DNA of 64,000 bases from Candidatus Yanofskybacteria bacterium (GCA_016181045.1 JACPAB010000003.1:7652-71651); one strand, 5' to 3'; numbered from the stretch's first letter, positions 1 through 9,781 are shown. The notes: a model not told the origin generated them from the sequence alone. Translations and numbers: made by a program.

Positions 1-111
1 ATCCGGGATCTGGCCGTATCGCAGGGAATGATTACGATGCTTCAGGATGCTTACATGAAATTATTGGAAGGTGTGACATCGGTCGAAGAAATAAAAAGAA
101 TCCTGGGGTAG
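1..111 (+). CDS. C-terminal end of a GspE/PilB-family secretion ATPase (partial)
   Basis: Frame 1 reads IRDLAVSQGMITMLQDAYMKLLEGVTSVEEIKRILG*, the typical GspE/PilB C-terminus; compare the end of the PilB at 39704. Confidence 0.8.
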   Translation: MRDLAVSQGMITMLQDAYMKLLEGVTSVEEIKRILG

Positions 112-224
112 TAAAATTCTAAACAAATCCAAGTGACTAAAATCCAAAAAATTAAAAACGTTTATAATTTGGAGTTTTGAATTTAGATATTGTTTAGAAA
201 TTAGATATTAGAAATTAGAAATTT
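112..224. repeat. AT-rich 7-bp-period inverted repeat tract
   Basis: AAATTCT/AAATCCA units followed by complementary TTAGAAA/TTAGATA units. Confidence 0.7.
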
Positions 225-229
225 CAGTA

Positions 230-404
230 AAAGGACCTTTATAATCTGTAGGTAAACTCTCGAACTCATAAGAATTCGAGGCAGGATAATTCCGAGGAGT
301 AGGCCAGTCGAAACCGATCTATCCGAACTAGGATAATATCCCGATTGGATCATTTGGTATGTAAATACGCGGACCCAATTACCTACAGATTAGAAAGGTT
401 CTTT
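230..404. ncRNA. candidate structured RNA or palindromic element (6S-RNA-sized rod)
   Basis: Closing stem AAAGGACCTTT-A-TAATCTGTAGGTAA / TTACCTACAGATTA-G-AAAGGTTCTTT encloses several internal hairpins; 175 nt. Confidence 0.35.
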
Positions 405-450
405 CGCCAGAATTCTATCTGGATTGTGGTATATTTTAATTAAAATAATC

Positions 451-1473
451 ATGAATGTCAACCCCCAAAAAGACCCTAAATTAACCCCGAAATCTGTTCC
501 CGACGACACCCAGCTGGACCAGGCGTTGAGACCCAAAACCTTTCAGGAATATGTCGGTCAGGAAAAAGTGAAGGACAACCTCCGGGTCATTATCGGTGCG
601 GCCAAAAAGAGGGGCGAACCCATGGAACACGTGCTTTTGCACGGCCCTTCCGGGCTTGGCAAGACCACGCTCGCCTACCTTATCGCCAAAGAACTTGGGA
701 CCAATATCAGGATCACCTCCGGTACGGCATTAGAGAAGGCCGGAGACGTCGGATCTATTTTAAGCAGTTTAAGCGACGGAGATGTTTTGTTCATAGACGA
801 GGTCCATCGCTTGAACAAGATGATCGAAGAGGTAATCTACCCGGCCATGGAGAACTTCAAGCTGGATATAGTCATAGGCAAAGGCAACTCGGCCAGAACA
901 CTTCAGATAGACCTGCCCCGCTTTACCCTGATAGCCGCCACCACGAAGATCTCCCTCCTTTCGGCGCCTTTCCGTTCAAGATTCGGAGTGAACTTCCGGC
1001 TCGATTTCTATAAAGACACCGACATAGAAAGGATCATTGGCCGTTCGGCTGAACTGCTGGGAGTCGATATAGACAAGGACGCGATCAGAACCATCGCCAT
1101 CTCGTCCAGATTTACGCCCAGAGTGGCAAACAGATTGTTGAAAAGGGTCAGGGACTACGCCCAGATCAAAGAAGCGGGCATAATAAGCTCGCCACTGGCC
1201 AAAGAAAGCTTGAAGATGCTGGAGGTGGACGAAAAAGGTCTCGAAGAAACCGACAGGAAGATACTTCTTACCATCGCAGAGAAATTCGGCGGCGGACCGG
1301 TGGGCTTGAAGTCCATAGCCGCCGCGATCTCCGAGGAGGAAGCCACGATAGAGGACGTTTACGAGCCCTATCTGATGCAGCTGGGATTCCTCGCAAGAAC
1401 TCCGAAAGGAAGAGTGGTCACCTCGAGAGGGTTCGAGCATCTGGGGCTAAAAAAGAAGGGCACACTAATCTAG
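451..1473 (+). CDS. ruvB: Holliday junction branch migration helicase RuvB
   Basis: LRPKTFQEYVGQ, Walker A GPSGLGKTT, FIDEVHR, YEPYLMQLGFLARTPKGR. Confidence 0.98.
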   Translation: MNVNPQKDPKLTPKSVPDDTQLDQALRPKTFQEYVGQEKVKDNLRVIIGAAKKRGEPMEHVLLHGPSGLGKTTLAYLIAKELGTNIRITSGTALEKAGDVGSILSSLSDGDVLFIDEVHRLNKMIEEVIYPAMENFKLDIVIGKGNSARTLQIDLPRFTLIAATTKISLLSAPFRSRFGVNFRLDFYKDTDIERIIGRSAELLGVDIDKDAIRTIAISSRFTPRVANRLLKRVRDYAQIKEAGIISSPLAKESLKMLEVDEKGLEETDRKILLTIAEKFGGGPVGLKSIAAAISEEEATIEDVYEPYLMQLGFLARTPKGRVVTSRGFEHLGLKKKGTLI

Positions 1474-1477
1474 ATCC

Positions 1478-2218
1478 TCAGAACCGCAACTTTTTTAAAT
1501 TATTCTCGCACACCTTACATCCGCACCCAATCTCGTCAACCTTCTTACGACCCCCTATTGGTTTAAGGATATGGTCAACAATAATAGTCCATATTTTGAA
1601 CTTGGATTTTACATCACTTTCAGATAAAAAGTTACCCACTAATTTCCACAATGGTTTATCCCACCTTGTTAAATCCTTGAGAAGTCGCTTATCGCTAACC
1701 CACCATTGTCCATTAAGCTGGTAGTGTCGTTTCAATAAAGTTGGTAAGCCCATATTCATGTTCAAAAGTGAAGACAACGGGTCTTTGGTTATATTTCTTT
1801 CAGCTTTATTATTAGCGTGGAAAAACTCAAACTGAATATCATCTTTATTTTTTACTTTCGGAGGTTCAGTATTTTTCAGCTTTTTCTTCAGCTTAAACAG
1901 GAGCCCCTTTTTATCAAACAAGATTTTTGACTCTACTAAAAAAGGCATTCTCTTAGACGATACTTGTTCTTCGCTCTGCTTAATTAGTTGTTTATAAGAA
2001 AGAAAACTAATATCAAGTTTCACGCCACCTATTATGGGATGATTAAGGTTTGAACAATTATCTCTATCGGTCACAACAACCACGTCAAGGTCGCTATCGT
2101 CAGTAATCTCGTTTCTAGCAGCTGAACCGAAAATAAATGCTCCTTGATAATCGCTATGCTTTTTTAGCTTTTTTAATACTTGTATCGCTGATTTAAAACG
2201 AGTTGATGTTGTTGTCAT
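1478..2218 (-). CDS. nucleotidyltransferase-domain protein (Pol beta-like)
   Basis: FIFGSAARNEITDDSDLDVVVV is the GS...DxD motif. Confidence 0.8.
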   Translation of the reverse strand: MTTTSTRFKSAIQVLKKLKKHSDYQGAFIFGSAARNEITDDSDLDVVVVTDRDNCSNLNHPIIGGVKLDISFLSYKQLIKQSEEQVSSKRMPFLVESKILFDKKGLLFKLKKKLKNTEPPKVKNKDDIQFEFFHANNKAERNITKDPLSSLLNMNMGLPTLLKRHYQLNGQWWVSDKRLLKDLTRWDKPLWKLVGNFLSESDVKSKFKIWTIIVDHILKPIGGRKKVDEIGCGCKVCENNLKKLRF

Positions 2219-2303
2219 TCTTTACATTTAATCATTTTCTTAAGGTGACTTTAAGGTGAGTTGTGCACACGCGTTTAGTTCAAACTTGTGTTATGCTTAA
2301 TTT

Positions 2304-3185
2304 GTGCCCAAAGTTGTTCGTATAAGCAGGCCGGACTTAAAGAAGCTCTATCTGAAAGAGTTTCGTGGGTCTTACGAAATAGCAAAGATACTAAATTGTA
2401 GTCCTTCTTTAATTAGAAAAAGGTTGGAAGAATTCGGAATAAAATCCCGGACAGTACAAGAAGCAAAAGCACTAACAAGGCCTCGCTATCCCAGAACTGA
2501 TTTCTCGGGAGACTTAATAGAAAAAGCTTATCTAATTGGCTTTCGCCTCGGAGATCTGTATGCGGTCAAGACTCATCCTAACAGTCCCACAATAAGGGTC
2601 GGGACTAATTCTACAAAAGAGGACCAATTGCTGTTAGTTGAGGGCCTATTCTCAAAATATGGCCACGTAAAAAGAAATGGTCGAGATAAGAATGGTGCTA
2701 TTCACGTTAGGGCATTCGTAAACAACTCTTTTAATTTTCTGGTGCCAAAAGAGGACAAGATCGATAGTTGGATATTAAAAAACAAGGATTACTTTATCGC
2801 ATTTCTCGCTGGCTATGCAGACGCTGAAGGAACTTTTTGTATCTGTGGCGGGGATGGCGTATTCAGTATTAAATCTCAAGATAAGAATACACTTTTTAGT
2901 ATTTGGAAAACCTTAAATCGACTGGGTATACTTTGTAAAAAACCCTCTCTCTTCCGGGTTGCCGGATTCATAGATTACCGTGGAATTAAAAATAATAAAG
3001 ATGCCTATATTTTTACAATATACAGGAAAGATTCTCTTCTAAAACTAATTGACCTTCTTAAACCATATTTGAAACATGGAAAAAGGATTAAAGACATGTT
3101 ATTAGTAGAACAAAATATAAATAACAGAAACATAAAATATAACTTTAAAAAAGATAATCGCTGGCTTAAAACATACAAAACATGA
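2304..3185 (+). CDS. free-standing LAGLIDADG homing-endonuclease-like protein with N-terminal HTH
   Basis: Two LAGLIDADG-like helices (AYLIGFRLGDL, AFLAGYADAEG); N-terminal SYEIAKILNCSPSLIRKRL resembles an HTH. Confidence 0.85.
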   Translation: MPKVVRISRPDLKKLYLKEFRGSYEIAKILNCSPSLIRKRLEEFGIKSRTVQEAKALTRPRYPRTDFSGDLIEKAYLIGFRLGDLYAVKTHPNSPTIRVGTNSTKEDQLLLVEGLFSKYGHVKRNGRDKNGAIHVRAFVNNSFNFLVPKEDKIDSWILKNKDYFIAFLAGYADAEGTFCICGGDGVFSIKSQDKNTLFSIWKTLNRLGILCKKPSLFRVAGFIDYRGIKNNKDAYIFTIYRKDSLLKLIDLLKPYLKHGKRIKDMLLVEQNINNRNIKYNFKKDNRWLKTYKT

Positions 3186-3694
3186 GTGGGCACAATAAAT
3201 GGCAGCAAATTCGGCACAAAAAGTCCCTGACCGACAAGAAAAAGGGTCAGATATTTTCCAAGCTCGCACGGCTTATTACTTTGGCCGCCAAAAAAGGAAC
3301 CGACCCAAAAGCAAATCCAACACTGGCCCAGATAATAGACCAGGCCCGGGCGGCCAATATGCCGGGAGACAATATCGAAAGGGCCATCAAGAGGGTTTCC
3401 GACAAGGACCAGGCCCAGCTGGAAGAGTTGGTTATAGAAGCGCTTGGACCAGGAGGAGTGGCTCTGAAGATACGGGCCATAACCGACAACCGGAATCGAA
3501 CCATGGCTGAAATTAAAAAAATGCTGGGCGACCATGAGTCCAAACTGGTCCAGCCCGGAAGCTTGTCTTGGATGTTCAACCAGAAAGTTTCCGTTGATCC
3601 CTCGACACAAGAGAAGGTAAGCAAACTTTTCGAGGCCCTGGATGACCAAGATGAAGTTGAAGACGTGAGCTCGAATTTAAACGAAGAACAATGA
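3182..3694 (+). CDS. yebC: YebC/PmpR family protein (short form)
   Basis: MSGHNKWQQIRHKK, NMPGDNIERAI, TDNRNRT. Confidence 0.95.
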   Translation: MSGHNKWQQIRHKKSLTDKKKGQIFSKLARLITLAAKKGTDPKANPTLAQIIDQARAANMPGDNIERAIKRVSDKDQAQLEELVIEALGPGGVALKIRAITDNRNRTMAEIKKMLGDHESKLVQPGSLSWMFNQKVSVDPSTQEKVSKLFEALDDQDEVEDVSSNLNEEQ

Positions 3695-4161
3695 TAATCT
3701 TAGGAATAGACCCGGGCACTACAAGGATCGGATTCGGGGTTATAGAATCAGCCAAAAACCACCTTACGGTTCTGGATTATGGGATTATTAGCACGCCGGG
3801 AAAAGACAGGTCTTTGGATTACAAACTAATATCCGAAGGCCTCTCTAAACTCATAGCCGCATACAAACCCGAAAGAGCCGGAGTGGAAAAACTGTTCTTT
3901 TCCAAAAACCTGAAGACAGTGATGTCTGTTTCGGAAGCAAGAGGAGTTATAATGCTGACCCTGGCCAATCACGGCATACCTATAATGGAGCCCGCCCCCC
4001 AACAGGTCAAACAGGCCGTGTCTGCCTACGGGAGCGCGGGCAAAGCGCAGGTTGAAAGAATGGTCAGGCTTATCTTGAAAATACAGGGCACTATAAAACC
4101 GGATGACGCAGCTGATGCTTTAGCTATTGCAATTTGTGCAGCAAATAATAATATTTACTAA
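3691..4161 (+). CDS. ruvC: crossover junction endodeoxyribonuclease RuvC
   Basis: ILGIDPG, EKLFF, EARGV, PDDAADALAIAIC. Confidence 0.97.
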   Translation: MIILGIDPGTTRIGFGVIESAKNHLTVLDYGIISTPGKDRSLDYKLISEGLSKLIAAYKPERAGVEKLFFSKNLKTVMSVSEARGVIMLTLANHGIPIMEPAPQQVKQAVSAYGSAGKAQVERMVRLILKIQGTIKPDDAADALAIAICAANNNIY

Positions 4162-4241
4162 TTAATAAGCCGTCTCATTAATTTTCGTCCCCTTGGCCAT
4201 GGGCAATCGGGAAAATTTAAAGGGATTATTTTAGAAGTCGT

Positions 4242-4409
4242 ATGTTCACTGAATACGATTACGCAGTCGACGGAGAAGAGGAGTTAGAGGACAAGACAGA
4301 CGAAGAGAAAGATGAAGAGGATGAGAATGATGAGGAAGACGATGAGGAGGATGACGAAGAGAACGAAGAACAGCTCGATGATAAAAAAGACAAGGAAGAG
4401 GCCTGGTAG
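4242..4409 (+). CDS. small highly acidic protein (55 aa)
   Basis: MFTEYDYAVDGEEELEDKTDEEKDEEDENDEEDDEEDDEENEEQLDDKKDKEEAW*, followed directly by a terminator; below the ORF-track length cutoff. Confidence 0.7.
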   Translation: MFTEYDYAVDGEEELEDKTDEEKDEEDENDEEDDEEDDEENEEQLDDKKDKEEAW

Positions 4410-4411
4410 AA

Positions 4412-4438
4412 AAACAGCCCCGATTATCGGGGCTGTTT
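4412..4438. terminator. bidirectional intrinsic terminator
   Basis: AAACAGCCCCGAT-T-ATCGGGGCTGTTT between convergent genes. Confidence 0.85.
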
Positions 4439-4445
4439 AGTTTTG

Positions 4446-5035
4446 TTAGGGGTTGGTAGATTTTTGGTTCACTATTTTTTGGACTTCTCTAACTACTTGA
4501 AATTGCGGTTTTGCGGCATCAATCACATAGTCAGCGTATTTCTTTTGAGCTATGCCATGTTTTAGAAATTCTGGAATAGCAACTTTAGTATCATAGTCAG
4601 TCCTATGGACTGATCCGAACCTAATAGCTCGGCGTTTAAGCATCAGCTTGGGGTGAATTTCCAGATAAATTTTAACGTCAAGCATATCTCGCACTTTTTT
4701 GTCTTTAAAAAGCATAAAGCCCTCAATAAGAACAATTGGCCTCGGTTTTAGAATTATCGGCTTTGGCTTAGCTCCCGCTTTCTTTGGAAACGACTTTGTA
4801 TGAACTTCTTTGCCGTTTTGTAATGTTTTCAAATGTTTTAGCAAAACACTAAATTTAAGATTAGACGACTTTTCCCAGTTTCGGAAGCCATGTTTTAAGG
4901 GAAAAGTTCGAGGATGCTTGAAATAGTTATCTAACTTTATGTGTTCGTGGTTTTTATCAGATAACTTCAGTTTTTGCAAAGAGTTGTCTTGCCAGAACCG
5001 GATGGACCAACAATTCCAATAAAAAGAGTTTTCAT
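4446..5035 (-). pseudogene. udk: uridine kinase family gene with a 1-nt frameshift
   Basis: MKTLFIGIVGPSGSGKTTLCK (Walker A) stops after an A5 run; the remainder (KLDNYF...IVLIEGF...RRAIR) continues in another frame. Confidence 0.8.
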
Positions 5036-5050
5036 AGAGTCAAAATATCA

Positions 5051-6226
5051 CTAACCTACCCTCACAAACTTCTTAGGGCCGATCTGGACTACATCACCTT
5101 CTTTCGGCACAAAACCCCACTCCTTTTTCACTTCTCCGTTAACCTTCACCGCGCCTTGGTCAATCAATATTTTTGCGGAACTGGAACTTCCTTGCGTTAC
5201 CAGTCCGACAAGTTCAACCAGTTTTGCCGTTTTAATTTCTTCCATTTCGCTGGGCAACTCCCCTTTGGAGAATACTCTATCCCACTCTTCTCTGGCTTTG
5301 GTTGCTTCCTTATCGCCGTGATACATCTTCACCAACTCAAAGGCGAGTTCTTTTTTAAACTCATAGGGACTGCTTCCTTTTTTTTCTTCTATCCACTGCT
5401 GCGGCTTTTCTGTGCACAGTTCAAAGACCGTCACTATCATCCCGTCCGGTATGGTTTTCATTGTCTTGCCGAACATGTCTTGGGGCGAATCACCTAAAGA
5501 TATAATCCCGCCTTCGGTCTTGCTCATCTTTTTTCCTGATTCCGCGTCAACCAAGAGTTGTGTCGCAAAAACAAGCTTGTCTTTATTAATTAGTTTTTCC
5601 TCTAACTTTCTACCCATGAGCATGTTAAATGTCTGGTCGTTTCCCCCGACCTCTCCATCTATTTCCATAGCCACCGAATCGTAACCCTGCATCAAGGGAT
5701 ACAAAAATTCATTAACGCCGATGGGCTCTTCATTTTTTACCCTTTCCTGGAACATGTCTCTTTTTTCCATCTGTTGGACCGTCACATGACTTGCCAATTT
5801 AACTACATCTCCAAAAGACATCTTTGATAACCATGAACTGTTATATTTAACATCAAAAGAGCCCTTGGGAAGAATTTTATAGACCTGTCCCAGATAATTT
5901 TTCATGTTATTTTTTACCTCCTTTTCAGTAAGTGGTTTCCGTGTTGTGTCTTTTCCTGTCGGGTCTCCTATTCGCGCGGTAAAATCGCCAATCACAAGAA
6001 CTGGCTTATGCCCCAGCTCCAGCAACTGCTTAAGAAAAAGTAGTGGGATTGTGTGTCCAAGGTGAAGGTCCGTCCCAGTTGGATCTATGCCTAGATATAC
6101 TCTTAACCTTTTACCCTCTTTTAGTTTTTTTACCGCTTCTTCGCGGGATGGAAAAATTGCTTCAATGCGCCGAGTTAAAGTATCTTCTATTTTTTTATCT
6201 TCTGTATTTACTTTAGTTCCGAACAT
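5051..6226 (-). CDS. tyrS: tyrosine--tRNA ligase
   Basis: YLGIDPTG..LHLGH (HIGH), YPLMQGYD, KMSKT, S4-like C-terminus. Confidence 0.97.
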   Translation of the reverse strand: MFGTKVNTEDKKIEDTLTRRIEAIFPSREEAVKKLKEGKRLRVYLGIDPTGTDLHLGHTIPLLFLKQLLELGHKPVLVIGDFTARIGDPTGKDTTRKPLTEKEVKNNMKNYLGQVYKILPKGSFDVKYNSSWLSKMSFGDVVKLASHVTVQQMEKRDMFQERVKNEEPIGVNEFLYPLMQGYDSVAMEIDGEVGGNDQTFNMLMGRKLEEKLINKDKLVFATQLLVDAESGKKMSKTEGGIISLGDSPQDMFGKTMKTIPDGMIVTVFELCTEKPQQWIEEKKGSSPYEFKKELAFELVKMYHGDKEATKAREEWDRVFSKGELPSEMEEIKTAKLVELVGLVTQGSSSSAKILIDQGAVKVNGEVKKEWGFVPKEGDVVQIGPKKFVRVG

Positions 6227-6296
6227 ATTCTTAAATAATATCTTTAATCGATTCCCTTGTAAATAATGACTTTTTGTGGCAGAATCAAGCCAGACA

Positions 6297-8420
6297 ATGA
6301 AGCACTCCTGGAGGGGAAAGGTGAAAACAAAACACCTCATTAGGGCATTAGGCATGCTTTTTTTGTGGCTGTTCGTTATCGGCACAATAATCTTTTTATC
6401 ACTTTTCCTTTACATCCAAAGAACCCTCCCCGACCCGGAAACCATAGCCAATAGGCGAGTTGGAGAATCGACAAAAATATACGACCGAACGGGAGAGATA
6501 CTCCTTTACGACATCCACGGAGAGGAAAAGAGGACGGTAATACCCTGGGACGATATCCCCGAATCGGTAAAGAAGGCCACCTTGGCAACCGAAGACAGCA
6601 ACTTCTATAACCACAAAGGGTTGGACATCCGGGGCATCGTGAGGGCATTTTTTACAAACTTAAAGAATTTTAAGATATCACAAGGCGGTTCAACAATAAC
6701 CCAGCAGCTTGTAAAAAAGGCGCTGTTGGGCGACGAGAGAACAATTACCAGAAAGATAAAAGACCTTACTTATTCCATAGAAATAGAAAGAAGGTTTTCA
6801 AAAGACCAAATACTGTGGATGTATTTGAACCAGATACCCTACGGCTCCAACATTTACGGCGTAGAGGAGGCCAGTAAAACATTCTTCGGCAAGCCGGCGT
6901 CAGGCCTGACCAACGCGGAAGCCGCGACTCTTGCCGCTTTGATCCGGGCTCCGTCTTATTACTCTCCTTACGGCAACCATGTCCCCGAGCTTCTGGCTCG
7001 CAAGGACTTCGTTCTTAAAAGGATGGCTGACCTGGGTTTTATAACCGCGGAAGAATATGCCGCCGCAAAAGAACAGGGGCTTAGTTTTAAAAAGAGTGCT
7101 GAAAAGATCGTCGCTCCTCACTTTGTCGTAATTGTCAAAGAATACTTGAGCTCCAAATATGGAGAAAACGTCGCGGAAAGCGGCGGATTCAAAGTTATCA
7201 CCACCCTGGACGCAGACCTGCAACTATTGGCCGAAGAGACCGTCGAAAAGTACGCCAAGGTAAACAAAGAAAAATATAAGGCCTCAAACGCCGCCTTGGT
7301 TTCGATAGACCCTAAAACCGGCGACCTGTTGGCTCTGGTCGGTTCGGCTGATTATTTCGACATCGAGAATGAGGGCAACTTCAATGTCGCCACCGCGAAA
7401 CGTCAGCCGGGTTCGGCTTTCAAACCGTTCGCCTACGCCACGGCCCTCCAGAAGGGCTACACCGACTTTACGGTCCTGTTCGACCTGAAAACGGAGTTCA
7501 ACTACAACTGCTCTCCCGACGCTCTTCAGGAAAAAGACCAGTTCGGCATTGATTGCTACCACCCCCAGAACTACGACGGCCTCTACCGCGGCCCCGTCAC
7601 TCTAAGACAGGCGCTCGCGCAGTCGCTTAACCTGCCCTCCGTTAAAACCCTCTACTTGGCCGGTGTGGCCGATACGATAGACCTGGCCGAGAGCATGGGT
7701 ATCACCACTCTGGGCGACCGCGAGCGCTTCGGTTTGTCGCTGGTTTTGGGCGGCGCGGAAGTTAAGTTAGCGGACATTACCTCCGCTTACGGCGTCTTTG
7801 CCGCGGACGGAATGAGAAGCCCTTGGTCGTTCATCCAAAGAATAGAGTCCTCCAACGGTGCGGTTCTTGAAGAAAAGGAAAATGAACCCGAAAGAGTTCT
7901 CGACGCCCAGAAAGCCAGAATGATAAACAACATACTCTCGGACAACAGTGCCCGAGCTCCTGTCTTCGGATATTCAAGCTCTCTTTATCTGGCCGGACGC
8001 GATGTCGCGGCTAAAACCGGAACAACCCAGGAGAACAGAGACGCCTGGGTCATAGGATACTCGCCTAATCTTGTAACCGGAGTTTGGACGGGAAACAATA
8101 GGCAAGAGTCCATGACCCGGCAGGGAGCAGGTATCAGCGCCGCGGGACCCATGTGGCATGAGTTCATGGCTAAGGCCCTCGAGTCGTACCCCAACGAGAA
8201 GTTCGTCAGCCCGGCTCCTCTTTCCGGAAACAAGATAATGCTTGACGGGAATTATATCTACACAAAAGATATAACGTTACCCTTGGAATACCATTCTATC
8301 CTTTACTTCGTGAACCGGAACGACCCAAGGGGCCCCTTCCCGGAAGATCCTTCCAAAGACCTCCAGTTCAACAATTGGGAATGGCCGGTACAAAATATTT
8401 TCGCTTCTCCTATCGAATAA
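6297..8420 (+). CDS. class A penicillin-binding protein (transglycosylase/transpeptidase)
   Basis: ATEDSNFYNH, GGSTITQQL, QPGSAFKP, SLN, KTGTT motifs. Confidence 0.95.
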   Translation: MKHSWRGKVKTKHLIRALGMLFLWLFVIGTIIFLSLFLYIQRTLPDPETIANRRVGESTKIYDRTGEILLYDIHGEEKRTVIPWDDIPESVKKATLATEDSNFYNHKGLDIRGIVRAFFTNLKNFKISQGGSTITQQLVKKALLGDERTITRKIKDLTYSIEIERRFSKDQILWMYLNQIPYGSNIYGVEEASKTFFGKPASGLTNAEAATLAALIRAPSYYSPYGNHVPELLARKDFVLKRMADLGFITAEEYAAAKEQGLSFKKSAEKIVAPHFVVIVKEYLSSKYGENVAESGGFKVITTLDADLQLLAEETVEKYAKVNKEKYKASNAALVSIDPKTGDLLALVGSADYFDIENEGNFNVATAKRQPGSAFKPFAYATALQKGYTDFTVLFDLKTEFNYNCSPDALQEKDQFGIDCYHPQNYDGLYRGPVTLRQALAQSLNLPSVKTLYLAGVADTIDLAESMGITTLGDRERFGLSLVLGGAEVKLADITSAYGVFAADGMRSPWSFIQRIESSNGAVLEEKENEPERVLDAQKARMINNILSDNSARAPVFGYSSSLYLAGRDVAAKTGTTQENRDAWVIGYSPNLVTGVWTGNNRQESMTRQGAGISAAGPMWHEFMAKALESYPNEKFVSPAPLSGNKIMLDGNYIYTKDITLPLEYHSILYFVNRNDPRGPFPEDPSKDLQFNNWEWPVQNIFASPIE

Positions 8421-8688
8421 TTATCTGGTCGAAGTTTAAATTTTCTTCCTTCAAGACCGTCGTTAGGTCTCTGATCCTCAAAATAAGTTCGTTGGCGACT
8501 GTTTTGTTCGACGTCTGGATTGTGACTTTGTTATTCAAAAAATCCACCTTAAACCCCGAGTTCCTTCCTTCTGGAAAGTATCCGGCCAAAAACCGGGCAA
8601 AAGCCCGGTTTAGTTTGTCGCTTGCCTCGTTATTCTTGGCAAAACCTTTTACTTTCTTTTCAATTGCCCCGCCGATACCTCGAAACAT
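8410..8688 (-). CDS. DUF721/DciA-like protein
   Basis: 92 aa immediately downstream of dnaN; KVTIQTSNKTVANELILR matches the DUF721 pattern. Confidence 0.6.
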   Translation of the reverse strand: MFRGIGGAIEKKVKGFAKNNEASDKLNRAFARFLAGYFPEGRNSGFKVDFLNNKVTIQTSNKTVANELILRIRDLTTVLKEENLNFDQIIIR

Positions 8689-8689
8689 A

Positions 8690-9781
8690 TTATTTTCTTA
8701 ATGGCATTATAAGATAAACCAGGTCCTTTCTGTTGTTGCTCGGCCTTAGCACCAAAGGACTGCCTTGTCCCGTGTACTCCAATACAACTTCCTCGGTATC
8801 CATGATCTTGAGGCCATCTAAAATATAGTGGTAGTTCAGCGAGATCTCAAAAGGTTGATTCTTTAGGGTTGATACTATCCCGGTTTCTATTTCTCCTTTA
8901 TCCGAGTTTTTTGCGGTAATACTTGTTTTACTCTCGGCACATTGTATCTTTACATCCGATATGTTGGACGAGAACAGTCCCGCCAGACGGATATTCTTTT
9001 CCAGTTCATTTTTGTTGATTAAAACTTTCGATACGAATCTGTCGGGGATAACTTTTCTATAGTCAGGGTAGGCGCCGTCAACCAGACGGGAGACCATTTC
9101 AAAGTCGTCATTTGAGAACGATATCTGATTATCGCCCAAGTTCACGATAACGTCCCCGTCCAGCTCGCCCGCTATCCTGGCAAGCTCAAGAACCGTATTC
9201 CTCGGAATAATAAAGGATTGTTTGGCCGCGTTTTTAAAATCAAACTGTTTCTCGGTTAAGCGAAAGCTGTCGGTTGAAGCAAATACTACCCTGTCATTGT
9301 CGAAACTGACGAATATACCCGCCAACTCCGGTCTGGCCTCCGACAAAGCCACGGACTCGATAACGGACATTAAAGAATTCTTAAGGGCCTTTACCGGAAT
9401 CGCGGCTAAGGGTTTGCTTTTTATTTTAGGTATGATCGGGAAGTCCTTAGCGTCAAAACCAAGTATTTGGGTTTTATAATGCTCGGAGTTTATACTCAAA
9501 ACATTATTTTTTACGGTCAGGGTTATTTTTTCGTCGCTTATATTCCCGGTAAAGTCAGAAATTATCCTTGCCGGAACCGCAACTTGGCCGACTTCCTCTA
9601 TTTTAGCGCCAATTATGTAATTTATTCCTATTTCAAGATTTGTTGCGGATAATCTTAGGCGGCCATTCTCTGTTTTAAAAAGAATGTTGCTCAAAATAGG
9701 AAGTGTCGTATTTTTGGCCACAACCTTTTCCACTACTCCAAGGGCTTTTTTGAAATTTTTTTGGTTGACGACTATTTTCAT
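8690..9781 (-). CDS. dnaN: DNA polymerase III beta clamp
   Basis: LPILSN, ATNLE, STDSFRL, GAYPDY, LIMPLR. Confidence 0.98.
   Translation of the reverse strand: MKIVVNQKNFKKALGVVEKVVAKNTTLPILSNILFKTENGRLRLSATNLEIGINYIIGAKIEEVGQVAVPARIISDFTGNISDEKITLTVKNNVLSINSEHYKTQILGFDAKDFPIIPKIKSKPLAAIPVKALKNSLMSVIESVALSEARPELAGIFVSFDNDRVVFASTDSFRLTEKQFDFKNAAKQSFIIPRNTVLELARIAGELDGDVIVNLGDNQISFSNDDFEMVSRLVDGAYPDYRKVIPDRFVSKVLINKNELEKNIRLAGLFSSNISDVKIQCAESKTSITAKNSDKGEIETGIVSTLKNQPFEISLNYHYILDGLKIMDTEEVVLEYTGQGSPLVLRPSNNRKDLVYLIMPLRK

Noticed and set aside
2219..3185. Group I intron or intein hosting the LAGLIDADG ORF
   Set aside because: No interrupted host gene, no intein splice-junction residues and too little flanking sequence for a ribozyme core
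3005..3649. Long antisense ORFs (e.g. 3005-3649, 45739-46449, 58545-59342, 61488-62018)
   Set aside because: They are shadows of well-supported genes on the opposite strand and have no recognisable motifs
4960..4980. TGA recoding (genetic code 25 or selenocysteine) in udk
   Set aside because: The downstream homology is in a different frame, and TGA terminates other genes normally (yebC, rnpA, comF)
6227..6385. N-terminal extension of TyrS in the ORF track
   Set aside because: It overlaps the divergent PBP gene; homology begins at MFGTK
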